The notes beneath the pieces are model-generated. The model made no database searches, had not been told where the DNA came from, and saw nothing but the letters and a program-made list of their open reading frames with translations. The position numbers and the translations under genes are program-made. A stretch of 46,499 bases of DNA from positions 1-46,499 of the forward strand of contig CANQEN010000003.1 in the NCBI GenBank assembly GCA_947595045.1, given 5' to 3'. How positions within the stretch are numbered: the first letter of the stretch is position 1; each line of letters starts with the position of its first letter. Shown here one piece after another: positions 29,005-37,483 of the stretch. The DNA is from an uncultured Bacilli bacterium (GTDB lineage: Bacteria; Bacillota_I; Bacilli_A; RF39; UBA660).

Positions 29005-29262
29005 ATGACTAAAACATTAGGAAGAGTAATTGAAGTTTATATACCAGAACAATATAAAAATGGTGGATTACTTGATGTTATGGATAGAACTAACATTGGG
29101 TTTAAAGTAGTAACTGATAATGATATAAAAGATATTATACTAGAGCAAGATGAATTTAATGCGCGAATAATGAAGAATGACTTAGTTATAATTATAGAGC
29201 AAGATATATCAGGTAAACATTTTACTGATATCGAACTTTATGAAGGTGATAATAATGAATGA
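29005..29262 (+). CDS. Small hypothetical protein translationally coupled to the helicase
   Basis: GGAGTG RBS before ATG 29005; stop overlaps the helicase start region. Confidence 0.65.
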   Translation: MTKTLGRVIEVYIPEQYKNGGLLDVMDRTNIGFKVVTDNDIKDIILEQDEFNARIMKNDLVIIIEQDISGKHFTDIELYEGDNNE

Positions 29263-31837
29263 TGATGAATTTCAAATAATTGGTTTATACAATCATAATG
29301 CAAATAGTTACAAAATAATAAAAGATGCATATGCATCTGGTCAAAATATCGTTGGCATTGTTCATGCAACAGGTACTGGGAAATCTTATATTGCACTTCA
29401 ATTTATTTATGATAATAGAGATAAAAAGATACTTTATGTAACTCCTTCAAATGGAATAATTGAACATATTAAAGAAATAATAAAAAATAATTCTAATTTA
29501 GATTTAGAAAAAGATTTTCCTAATTTAGATTTTAGAACATATCAATGGTTTATTTCAATGAGTAGAGAAGAAATAGAAAATCTCACTTACGATATATTAA
29601 TTCTTGATGAATTTCACCATATTGGAGCTCCTGTTTGGGGTGCAAGAATTAATACAATGATAGAGACACATCATAAAATGTTAATTTTTGGTATGACAGC
29701 TTATACTGTTAGAGACAGAGGAACTTTATATGAAAGAGATATGGCTAATCCTGATACAAATGAAATATTTTCAAACAAGATTGTAAGTAGATACGATTTA
29801 TGCGACGCAATGATTGATGGTGTCTTACCAAAACCTATATATAAGAGTGCATATATTAATTTAATTGGTCTAGAAAGAAAATTGGAAGAAAGGGTACAAA
29901 AATTAAACGCAACATCTCATGAATATCAAGAATATATGTCACTTTTATCTGATATCAAAAAACGAATACATGAAGCACCGAATATTCCTAATCTTTTAAG
30001 AAATAATATTAAACCAAATGGCAAATATATTTATTTTTGTCCACCTTGTTTAGAAGATGAAACTAATGATATTGATACAATAAAAAGACAGGCTTTTGAA
30101 TGGTTTAAACAATTCGTTCCTGAAGAAGATATAATTTTCTATACATCAACAAGTGATATGGGTGAATATGGCAAGCTTAATAGATATTCCTTTTATTATG
30201 ATGTTACTTTAGATGGTAAAAAAGTAGATAATAAATTGCGCATAATGTTTGCTATAAATCAATATAATGAAGGAACACATGCTCCTAATATAGATGGAGT
30301 TATCATGGGACGTGGCACAACTTCAGATATAGTTTTTTTTGAACAATTAGGTAGAACCCTTTCAGTTCGGGGTAATACAAAAGATATGTTTGATGAATTA
30401 GAAAAACATTCAATTGAAGAATTAATTGAAATATGTAAGTTAAGAGATATTATAATAAAAGAAAATACGCCTAAAGAAGAAATAATTGAAAAACTAGTAG
30501 CACCAGTTATTATTGATTTAACTAATAATTATAATTTTATTAAAGAACTTGAAAATAATTTACGGGATAGAATTAAAGATATTCAAAATAAAAATAGTTT
30601 AATTAGTAACAGATGTATAAAAATAAGAGATGCATCATTTGATATTGAAATAGAAAATCAAAATTTATTTGAAATGCTAAAATATATTAGTGATAGATTA
30701 ACCAAGACATGGGAAGATTATTATGAACTTGCTAAAACATACTATGAACATCATGAAAATTTATTAATACCAACTAGGTTTAAAACAAATGATGGATATA
30801 CCTATGATGAAAATGGTACTGTTAATTTAGGAACTTGGGTTAGTAACCAGAGAAGAAATTTTTCTACTTTATCAGAAGACAAACAATTATTATTACAAAA
30901 AATAGGTTTTATTGTAAATTCCCGTGATAGTCAATGGCTCTTGAATTATGAATTAGCTAAAAAGTATTATGAACATCATGAAAATTTATTAATACCAACT
31001 AAGTTTAAAACAAATGATGGATATACTTATGATGAAAATGGTGCTGTTAATTTAGGAAATTGGCTTAATACTCAGAGAAGCAAATTTTCTACTTTATCAG
31101 AAGAAAGACGGCAATTATTACAGAAAATAGGCTTTGTTGTAAATTTCCGTGATAGTCAATGGCTCTTGAATTATAAATTAGCTAAAAAGTATTATAAATA
31201 TCATGATAATTTATTAATACCATATAACTTTAAAACAAATGATGGATATACTTATGATGAAAATGGTACTGTTAATTTAGGAACTTGGCTTAATACTCAG
31301 AGGAAAAATTTTTCTACTTTATCAGAAGACAAACAATTATTATTACAAAAAATAGGTTTTATTGTAAATTCCCGTGATAGTCAATGGCTCTTGAATTATG
31401 AATTAGCTAAAAAGTATTATGAACATCATGAAAATTTATTAATACCAACTAAGTTTAAAACAAATGATGGATATACTTATGATGAAAATGGTGCTGTTAA
31501 TTTAGGAAATTGGCTTAATACTCAGAGAAGAAAATTTTCTACTTTATCAGAAGAAAGACGGCAATTATTACAGAAAATAGGCTTTGTTGTAAGTGTTCGT
31601 GATAGTCAATGGCTCTTGAATTATAAATTAGCTAAAAAGTATTATGAACATCATGGTAATTTATTAATATCACAACAGTTTAAAACAAATGATGGATATA
31701 CCTATGATGAAAATGGTACTGTTAATTTAGGAATTTGGATTAGTACCCAGAGAGGAGTAGTATCTAAAGAAAGCGAAAAAGGTCAATTACTTTTAAGTAT
31801 AGGGATGATATGGAAAATAAAAAAAGAAAAAAAATAA
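29255..31837 (+). CDS. SF2 DEAD/DEAH-box (ResIII-like) helicase with five C-terminal helicase-associated (HA) repeats
   Basis: HATGTGKS (I), DEFHH (II), TA (III), NEG (V), QLGR (VI); repeats W..NYELAK.YY..H.NL.IP..F....NLG.W...QR. Confidence 0.88.
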   Translation: MNDDEFQIIGLYNHNANSYKIIKDAYASGQNIVGIVHATGTGKSYIALQFIYDNRDKKILYVTPSNGIIEHIKEIIKNNSNLDLEKDFPNLDFRTYQWFISMSREEIENLTYDILILDEFHHIGAPVWGARINTMIETHHKMLIFGMTAYTVRDRGTLYERDMANPDTNEIFSNKIVSRYDLCDAMIDGVLPKPIYKSAYINLIGLERKLEERVQKLNATSHEYQEYMSLLSDIKKRIHEAPNIPNLLRNNIKPNGKYIYFCPPCLEDETNDIDTIKRQAFEWFKQFVPEEDIIFYTSTSDMGEYGKLNRYSFYYDVTLDGKKVDNKLRIMFAINQYNEGTHAPNIDGVIMGRGTTSDIVFFEQLGRTLSVRGNTKDMFDELEKHSIEELIEICKLRDIIIKENTPKEEIIEKLVAPVIIDLTNNYNFIKELENNLRDRIKDIQNKNSLISNRCIKIRDASFDIEIENQNLFEMLKYISDRLTKTWEDYYELAKTYYEHHENLLIPTRFKTNDGYTYDENGTVNLGTWVSNQRRNFSTLSEDKQLLLQKIGFIVNSRDSQWLLNYELAKKYYEHHENLLIPTKFKTNDGYTYDENGAVNLGNWLNTQRSKFSTLSEERRQLLQKIGFVVNFRDSQWLLNYKLAKKYYKYHDNLLIPYNFKTNDGYTYDENGTVNLGTWLNTQRKNFSTLSEDKQLLLQKIGFIVNSRDSQWLLNYELAKKYYEHHENLLIPTKFKTNDGYTYDENGAVNLGNWLNTQRRKFSTLSEERRQLLQKIGFVVSVRDSQWLLNYKLAKKYYEHHGNLLISQQFKTNDGYTYDENGTVNLGIWISTQRGVVSKESEKGQLLLSIGMIWKIKKEKK
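30701..31810 (+). repeat. Coding tandem repeat, 225-bp unit (75 aa) x about 5, with 450-bp higher-order periodicity
   Basis: gatagtcaatggctcttgaattat recurs at 30926, 31151, 31376, 31601; 30861-31142 vs 31311-31592 differ at one base by my reading. Confidence 0.92.
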
Positions 31838-32176
31838 AAAATGTTGCTAAAAAGTTGTAAACGCTCTTATTTGATATAAATGTTTTTCTTTTTCCTAAAT
31901 ATAAATAATTTTCTTAATTGAATATTTATTGATAATCATCTTAATAAATGATTCTAAAATTTTATGTTCAAATATTTTCATTACATATACATATTTAATA
32001 TTACATTTATTGGTTGATTATTTTTCTATTTTTGGGTTATTAAGTTATAATTTTATTTTTTACAAGTGAGAATTCTAAAGTATATTGTGTAGTTGTAAAT
32101 GATGTGAGGACAAAAAAGTAAAAAAATTAAAACGACATGATATAGTAAAAATGGTAATTAAATAATTTTGGTAAGG

Positions 32177-32214
32177 TGAATAAAATATTGAATTAAAATT
32201 CAATATTTTATTCA
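32177..32214. repeat. Perfect 18-bp inverted repeat at the 3' end of the transposase remnant
   Basis: tgaataaaatattgaatt-aa-aattcaatattttattca. Confidence 0.75.
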
Positions 32215-32398
32215 GCATTAGAAGCGTTAGCTTCTAAAAGATGTCTTTTCTCTAAAGGAGAAATCCAGCCTAGAACTTGCATAGGAATATGTTACTTCAT
32301 ATTAGATAAGCTTTCATTTGTTTAAGCAAATCCTCATAGGAATAGAACTTTAGGAATTGATAGAATCTTTGTTGATCATTACGATGGCTTCTTTCAAC
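32208..32398 (-). pseudogene. C-terminal fragment of a DDE/rve (IS481-like) transposase
   Basis: Own minus-strand translation VERSHRNDQQRFYQFLKFYSYEDLLKQMKAYLI*SN, frameshift, IPMQVLGWISPLEKR...; not in ORF track. Confidence 0.75.
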
Positions 32399-32400
32399 TT

Positions 32401-32691
32401 ATGCTACAACATGTATTGATAATGAGATACTTGGATATTCAGGAGGTTATTGAACAAATACTAAGTAGGGATAAAGAAATAATAGTTCTTTACTTTGGCT
32501 TTTATGGTAACACACCATGTCCTCAAAGCCAAATAGCTAATAAGCTTGGAATATCACAATCATATGTATCAAGAAGAATAAGGAAAGCATTAAATAATAT
32601 TAAAGAATTATTACAAAGTAAAGAAGCTATAGGTAAAATAGATAAGAAAAGTAATTCTAAATACTTAAATTATAAGAGAGATTATAAATAA
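32401..32691 (+). pseudogene. 5'-truncated sigma-70 region-4 fragment of SigE/SigK-like type
   Basis: RDKEIIVLYFGF...QSQIANKLGISQSYVSR HTH; no region 2; no RBS; abuts the transposase remnant. Confidence 0.7.
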
Positions 32692-32809
32692 TAGAAGGCT
32701 TAATCATTCGTTTATTATCTAATAAGATAAGCTTCTTTGTTTTAACTGATAAAGTTTATAAGTTTATCAATTATTATTTTAAAGATAATGTTAAAGGTAA
32801 ATATACTTT

Positions 32810-33157
32810 TATGGGGAATATTTAGAGCCAATAAGAATATGTGATTTTTCTGAAATAATAACAATCCTTTACAAAAAACAATATATGGGTGAACATATTG
32901 CCAATTTAATGGATAATATGAATTATGATGAAGATTATAATTATTTTATTAATTCATTGTTATAATTAAATAATGGAAGTTATTATGCATTGAAATTTAC
33001 AGATCCTAATAGTAAAGATTTAGTATGGTTATATTAATTTTTTTATAGAACGAGTAAATATGAAAAACTTGAGACAATGCCAGTACAAGAATTGTCGTAA
33101 TTTGAGAAAAAAGGTCAAGAACAAAAAGTGAAAAAAATTAAGATGAATGAACAATAA
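32810..33157 (+). pseudogene. Decayed hypothetical gene
   Basis: Broken frames ending YEKLETMPVQELS*FEKKGQEQKVKKIKMNEQ* (in-frame TAA 33098-33100). Confidence 0.3.
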
Positions 33158-33242
33158 TTATTTATTTAAAGAAGTTATTATTTTAGTATTAAAGTATTAA
33201 TTTTTTTTGTTATTTATTCACAATAAAATTTATGGTGATATA

Positions 33243-33271
33243 TTGACATTAATGGGTCAATATGGTAGTAT
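33243..33271 (+). promoter_or_regulatory. Sigma-A promoter of secE-nusG
   Basis: TTGACA-17 nt-TAGTAT with extended TG. Confidence 0.75.
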
Positions 33272-33328
33272 TTAGTTAAGCACATGAAGGTGTTTTTATT
33301 TTATAAAATTTTAAAAGTAGGTGAATTG

Positions 33329-33514
33329 ATGAAGAGAGTAACGAGATTTCTAGTGAATGTTAAAAAGGAAATGAAGAAAGTTAGATGGCCTAAGCGTCAA
33401 GATTTAATTAAATATGCAACAGCTACTATTTCATTTATCATTATCTTTATGGTCTTTTTTGCTGGTATAGATGCTATTATTAGTTTGATAATGAAATTAA
33501 AGGTGATGGGTTAA
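33329..33514 (+). CDS. secE: Preprotein translocase subunit SecE
   Basis: EMKKVRWP motif plus single TM; upstream of nusG; AGGTGA RBS before ATG 33329. Confidence 0.93.
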   Translation: MKRVTRFLVNVKKEMKKVRWPKRQDLIKYATATISFIIIFMVFFAGIDAIISLIMKLKVMG

Positions 33515-34050
33515 TGGAAAAAGAATGGTATGTAGTTAATACCTATTCGGGACATGAGAATAAGGTTAAAGAAAAACTAGAGATGAGAGCTAGTACTATG
33601 GGTATGGAAGACTACATTTTAAGGGTAGTTGTGCCAGAACAACATGAAATTGAAGTTAAAGATGGTGTAGAGAAGGAAAAAGTTACTAAAATGTTTCCAG
33701 GATATATTTTAGTAGAAATGGTTATGACTGATGAAGCTTGGTTTATTGTCCGTAATACACCAGGTGTCACAGGATTTATTGGATCAAGTGGTAAAGGTGC
33801 TAAACCGTTTCCATTAACGCCACAAGAAGTGGATAAAATACTGGGTAGTATGGGTATGAGTCGTTTAGATATTGGTAATGAATTAGCTGTTGGTGATAAA
33901 ATTAAAGTTACTACTGGAGCATTTGCTAATATGGCTGGTACAGTTAAAGTTATTGATATGGCTAATCAAAAGATAGAAGTAGCTTTAGATTTGTTTGGTC
34001 AAGAAACGATTGTTGAAGTAGAATTTAGTGAAATAGAAAAAGTTAGTTAA
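33514..34050 (+). CDS. nusG: Transcription termination/antitermination factor NusG
   Basis: WYVVNTYSGHENKVK, FPGYILVEM, VRNTPGVTGF, KOW domain. Confidence 0.97.
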   Translation: MEKEWYVVNTYSGHENKVKEKLEMRASTMGMEDYILRVVVPEQHEIEVKDGVEKEKVTKMFPGYILVEMVMTDEAWFIVRNTPGVTGFIGSSGKGAKPFPLTPQEVDKILGSMGMSRLDIGNELAVGDKIKVTTGAFANMAGTVKVIDMANQKIEVALDLFGQETIVEVEFSEIEKVS

Positions 34051-34059
34051 GGTGTAGAT

Positions 34060-34335
34060 ATGAAAGAGAAAATACAATTATTAGAATCATTACTTAATAA
34101 AGCTTGTAATAATATTGAATATGCTGTTAATGTAGCATTTGGATCTGATAAGGAAGAGACAATTAAAAATATGAAATCAGCTATTAAGACAACTACCGAT
34201 TTATTTATTAAGGGTAATATTAATAATCTAGATTTAAGTGTTCGTAATCAAATTTGGAATTATTGGGAAAATATATTAGATAACTATTTGTCGATGTTCC
34301 CTGAATATGAATATTCAACTAAAAAAGTGCGTTAA
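34060..34335 (+). CDS. Hypothetical protein between nusG and rplK
   Basis: 91-aa ORF with AAGGTG RBS, 9 nt after the nusG stop. Confidence 0.6.
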   Translation: MKEKIQLLESLLNKACNNIEYAVNVAFGSDKEETIKNMKSAIKTTTDLFIKGNINNLDLSVRNQIWNYWENILDNYLSMFPEYEYSTKKVR

Positions 34336-34339
34336 AATA

Positions 34340-34368
34340 TTTACAAATGTTAACTTTTATGTTACTAT
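34340..34368 (+). promoter_or_regulatory. Sigma-A promoter of rplK-rplA
   Basis: TTTACA-17 nt-TACTAT with extended TG. Confidence 0.6.
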
Positions 34369-34398
34369 TAAATGGCTATATTTAATTATATAGATTTA

Positions 34399-34432
34399 GT
34401 GGGAGATTTTAAGCGGATATCATTTGAACCAC
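34399..34432 (+). promoter_or_regulatory. Ribosomal protein L1-binding mRNA leader upstream of rplK
   Basis: GTGGGAG...hairpin...AACCAC motif. Confidence 0.7.
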
Positions 34433-34464
34433 GGCGAAAAAAATTTTTATAGGAGGTGTTTTTC

Positions 34465-34887
34465 GTGGCACAATTAGTAAAGAAAATAAAATTACAAATA
34501 CCTGCAGGGAAAGCGACACCAGCTCCACCAGTTGGAACAGTGTTAGGACCAGCCGGTATTAATTTACAAGAATTTTGTACTAAATATAATGATGCAACTA
34601 AAGATAAGATGGGAGATATTTTACCAGTAGAGATTTCTATTATGGATGATAGAAGCTTTACTTTTGTAATTAAAACTCCACCAACAGCATTCTTAATTAA
34701 GAAAGTTACGGGAGTTAAGAAAGGTTCAACTAAAGGCAAAAATGAGCCAGTTGGAACGATTACTAAGCAACAATTGAGAGAAATTGCTGAAATTAAGTTA
34801 CCAGATTTAAATTGTTATACTGTAGAAGAAGCCATGAAGATAGTAGAAGGTACTGCTATTAATATGGGAATTACAGTTGTTGATTAA
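34465..34887 (+). CDS. rplK: 50S ribosomal protein L11
   Basis: KLQIPAGKATPAPPVG...DRSFTF..KTPP; GTG 34465 after AGGAGG. Confidence 0.98.
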   Translation: MAQLVKKIKLQIPAGKATPAPPVGTVLGPAGINLQEFCTKYNDATKDKMGDILPVEISIMDDRSFTFVIKTPPTAFLIKKVTGVKKGSTKGKNEPVGTITKQQLREIAEIKLPDLNCYTVEEAMKIVEGTAINMGITVVD

Positions 34888-34909
34888 AAATTAACATAGG
34901 TTTGTCCTA

Positions 34910-34943
34910 TGTGGGAGGAATGCCGCTTTCCATCAGAACCACA
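34910..34943 (+). promoter_or_regulatory. Second L1-binding leader upstream of rplA
   Basis: TGTGGGAGGAA...TTCC...AACCACA just before the AAGGAGG RBS. Confidence 0.7.
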
Positions 34944-34956
34944 CAAGGAGGTTAAA

Positions 34957-35652
34957 ATGAAAAAAGGAAAAAAATATGTAGAAGCTGCTTCAAAGGTAGA
35001 AAAAAGCAAACTTTATACTAAAGAAGAAGCTATTAAATTAGTAAAAGAAACTAGTGTAGCTAAGTTTGATGAATCTGTTGAATTAGTATTAAGATTAAAT
35101 CTAGATACTAAAAAAGCTGATCAACAATTAAGAGGAGCTACTGTATTACCTAATGGTATTGGTAAAACTAAGAGTGTTTTAGTTATTGCTAAAGGAGAAC
35201 AAGCTAAAATAGCTAAAGAAGCTGGTGCTGATTATGTTGGTGATATTGACATGATCGAGAAGATTGAAAAAGAAAATTGGTTTGGTTTTGATACTATGAT
35301 AGCTACTCCAGATATGATGCCTGCTTTAGGTAAAATTGGGCGTGTTTTAGGACCTAGAGGTTTAATGCCAAATCCTAAAACAGGAACGGTTACTATGGAC
35401 GTTGAAAGGGCTGTTCTTGATGTTAAAAAAGGGCGTGTCGAATACCGAACTGATAGTTATGGTAATGTAGCAGTATCAATTGGTAAAGTATCTTTTGATG
35501 AAGCTAAACTATTAGAAAATTTAGAAGCTTTTGTTTCATTAATATTAAAAACAAAACCAGCAGCTGTTAAAGGAAAGTATGTTAAAAATATTTCTATTAG
35601 TACAACTATGGGTCCAGGTATTAAGATAGATATTAATAGTTTTGATATTTAG
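34957..35652 (+). CDS. rplA: 50S ribosomal protein L1
   Basis: MKKGKKY...KFDESVE...[16 protein letters not shown]...TTMGPG. Confidence 0.98.
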   Translation: MKKGKKYVEAASKVEKSKLYTKEEAIKLVKETSVAKFDESVELVLRLNLDTKKADQQLRGATVLPNGIGKTKSVLVIAKGEQAKIAKEAGADYVGDIDMIEKIEKENWFGFDTMIATPDMMPALGKIGRVLGPRGLMPNPKTGTVTMDVERAVLDVKKGRVEYRTDSYGNVAVSIGKVSFDEAKLLENLEAFVSLILKTKPAAVKGKYVKNISISTTMGPGIKIDINSFDI

Positions 35653-35653
35653 C

Positions 35654-35682
35654 TTTACAAAATATATAATTTATGTTAAAAT
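35654..35682 (+). promoter_or_regulatory. Sigma-A promoter of rplJ-rplL
   Basis: TTTACA-17 nt-TAAAAT with extended TG. Confidence 0.6.
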
Positions 35683-35699
35683 GTTAAACGATGTGAGAA

Positions 35700-35795
35700 G
35701 TACCGTAGACAGTAGGTGGTATACCTTAATATCCTACCGAGGACTTAATTTATTTAAGATACTCTAAGTCTCTACGGTTGTAGAGACTTATTTTT
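35700..35795 (+). ncRNA. L10 leader (cis-regulatory RNA with attenuator)
   Basis: CCGTAGACAGTAGG...TTAAT.TCCTACCGAGG kink-turn motif; terminator taagtctctac/gtagagactta plus T5 before rplJ. Confidence 0.88.
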
Positions 35796-35825
35796 ATGGT
35801 ATTACACAAGATAAGGAGGTGTAAT

Positions 35826-36323
35826 ATGGCTAATCAAAAAATCTTAGACCAAAAACAGGCTATTATAGATGAGATTGCTAAAAATGTTAAAGAATCTAGT
35901 TCATTCATTTTCTTAGAAAATCATGGTTTAACGGTATCTGAGACAATGGAACTTCGTAGAAGTTTAAGAGAAGCTAATTCAGAACTTAAGATTTATAAAA
36001 ATACTTTGGTAAATAGGGCTTTGAATACATTAGATATTGATATGAGTGCTGAGCTTAATGGACCAAAGGTTGTTGTCTTTGGTAAAGATATGATTGAACC
36101 AATTAAAACAGTAAGTGATTTTATTAAAAATCATCCTAATTTAGAGATGAAAATAGGAATAGTAGATGGTGAAGTTACTGATTTAGCTACTTTAAATCAA
36201 TTAGCGACTATTCCATCAAGAGATGGCTTACTTACTATGTTTGCAAGTGGTCTTATGGGTATTGCTAGAGACTTTGCTATTTGCTTAGACTTGCATGCTA
36301 AAAATTTAGAAAAAAATAATTAA
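35826..36323 (+). CDS. rplJ: 50S ribosomal protein L10
   Basis: GLTV.E..ELR..LR....KIYKNTL; AAGGAGG RBS before ATG 35826. Confidence 0.96.
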   Translation: MANQKILDQKQAIIDEIAKNVKESSSFIFLENHGLTVSETMELRRSLREANSELKIYKNTLVNRALNTLDIDMSAELNGPKVVVFGKDMIEPIKTVSDFIKNHPNLEMKIGIVDGEVTDLATLNQLATIPSRDGLLTMFASGLMGIARDFAICLDLHAKNLEKNN

Positions 36324-36345
36324 TATTATAAAGGAGGAATATAAA

Positions 36346-36717
36346 ATGGCAAAATTAAGTGCACAAGAAATTATTGATTCACTAAAAGAAATGACACTTT
36401 TAGAGATTAAAGAAGTAGTAGATTTAATGAAAGAAGAATTTGGTGTTGATCCAAGTGCTGTTGCTGTAGCAGCACCAGCTGCTGCTGGAGCTAGTGAAGA
36501 AGCAGGACCTAGTACAGTTGATATTGTATTAGCAGAAGTAGGAGCTAATAAAATTAATGTTATTAAATTAATTAAAGAAGTTACTGGATTAGGCTTAGGA
36601 GAATCTAAGGCTATTGCTGATAACGGTGGTGTCATTAAAGAACAAGTTGCAGCTGATGAGGCTAATGAAATTAAAGCTAAATTTGAAGAAGCTGGAGCTA
36701 CTATTGAATTAAAATAA
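36346..36717 (+). CDS. rplL: 50S ribosomal protein L7/L12
   Basis: EEFGV, Ala-rich hinge, KINVIK..KEVTGLGL.E.K, EEAGATIELK. Confidence 0.98.
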   Translation: MAKLSAQEIIDSLKEMTLLEIKEVVDLMKEEFGVDPSAVAVAAPAAAGASEEAGPSTVDIVLAEVGANKINVIKLIKEVTGLGLGESKAIADNGGVIKEQVAADEANEIKAKFEEAGATIELK

Positions 36718-36730
36718 TTTGTTTATTTGA

Positions 36731-36772
36731 GGTTTGAGCCTGTACTATTTTAGTATGGGCTTTAACCGTTTT
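36731..36772 (+). terminator. Terminator after rplL
   Basis: ggtttgagcctgtacta/tagtatgggctttaacc plus T tract. Confidence 0.6.
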
Positions 36773-36803
36773 ATATGAATAAATATAGCAAAGAAGTGAT
36801 TAA

Positions 36804-37385
36804 ATGAGCCATTATTTTGAAAATGATAATAATGTAAAAAGTAAAGAGAAAAAGATTATAGCTGTTATTAATAATGAACGATATACCTTTATGACCGATA
36901 ATAACGTTTTTGCTAAAAGAAATGTTGATTTAGGTACTAAGATATTATTAGAGAGTATTGATTTAACTACATTACATGGTCATATACTAGACTTTGGTTG
37001 TGGTTATGGTCCAATTGGCATTTATTTAGCTAAACATGGACATATAGTAGATATGGTGGATATAAATGATAGAGCTTTAAAATTAGCTAAATGTAATGCT
37101 AAATTAAATAATGTTGCTGTCAATATATTTGAAAGTGATATTTATAATAATATTAATAGACAGTATCATTATATTATTACTAACCCACCAATTAGAGTTG
37201 GAAAGAAAATATTGCATGAAATTTTATTTGGAGCATATAATTATTTAATTGATGGAGGACATTTAATTTTAGTTATTCATAAAGATCAAGGAGCTAAAAC
37301 ATTAGTTAAAGAGTTGGGTAATTATTATAACGTTAATCTTTTAAATAAGAATAAAGGATTTTGGATAATTGACTGTGAAAAGTAG
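36804..37385 (+). CDS. ybxB: Class I SAM-dependent methyltransferase (YbxB/RsmC-like)
   Basis: MSHYF, LDFGCGYGPIG, TNPPIR, K.QGAK; conserved position between rplL and rpoB. Confidence 0.85.
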   Translation: MSHYFENDNNVKSKEKKIIAVINNERYTFMTDNNVFAKRNVDLGTKILLESIDLTTLHGHILDFGCGYGPIGIYLAKHGHIVDMVDINDRALKLAKCNAKLNNVAVNIFESDIYNNINRQYHYIITNPPIRVGKKILHEILFGAYNYLIDGGHLILVIHKDQGAKTLVKELGNYYNVNLLNKNKGFWIIDCEK

Positions 37386-37414
37386 TTGACTTTTCAATCA
37401 CAATAGAGTAAAAT
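37386..37414 (+). promoter_or_regulatory. Sigma-A promoter of rpoBC
   Basis: TTGACT-17 nt-TAAAAT. Confidence 0.7.
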
Positions 37415-37483
37415 TATAAATTGGTGACATGTATTATTTTATAGATAATATGTGATTCTAAAAATAGTTTATGGGGTGAAACA

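Noticed and set aside
30701-31810. Regular repeats as a CRISPR array
   Set aside because: The unit is 225 bp, in frame, has no unique spacers and encodes HA domains; no cas genes.
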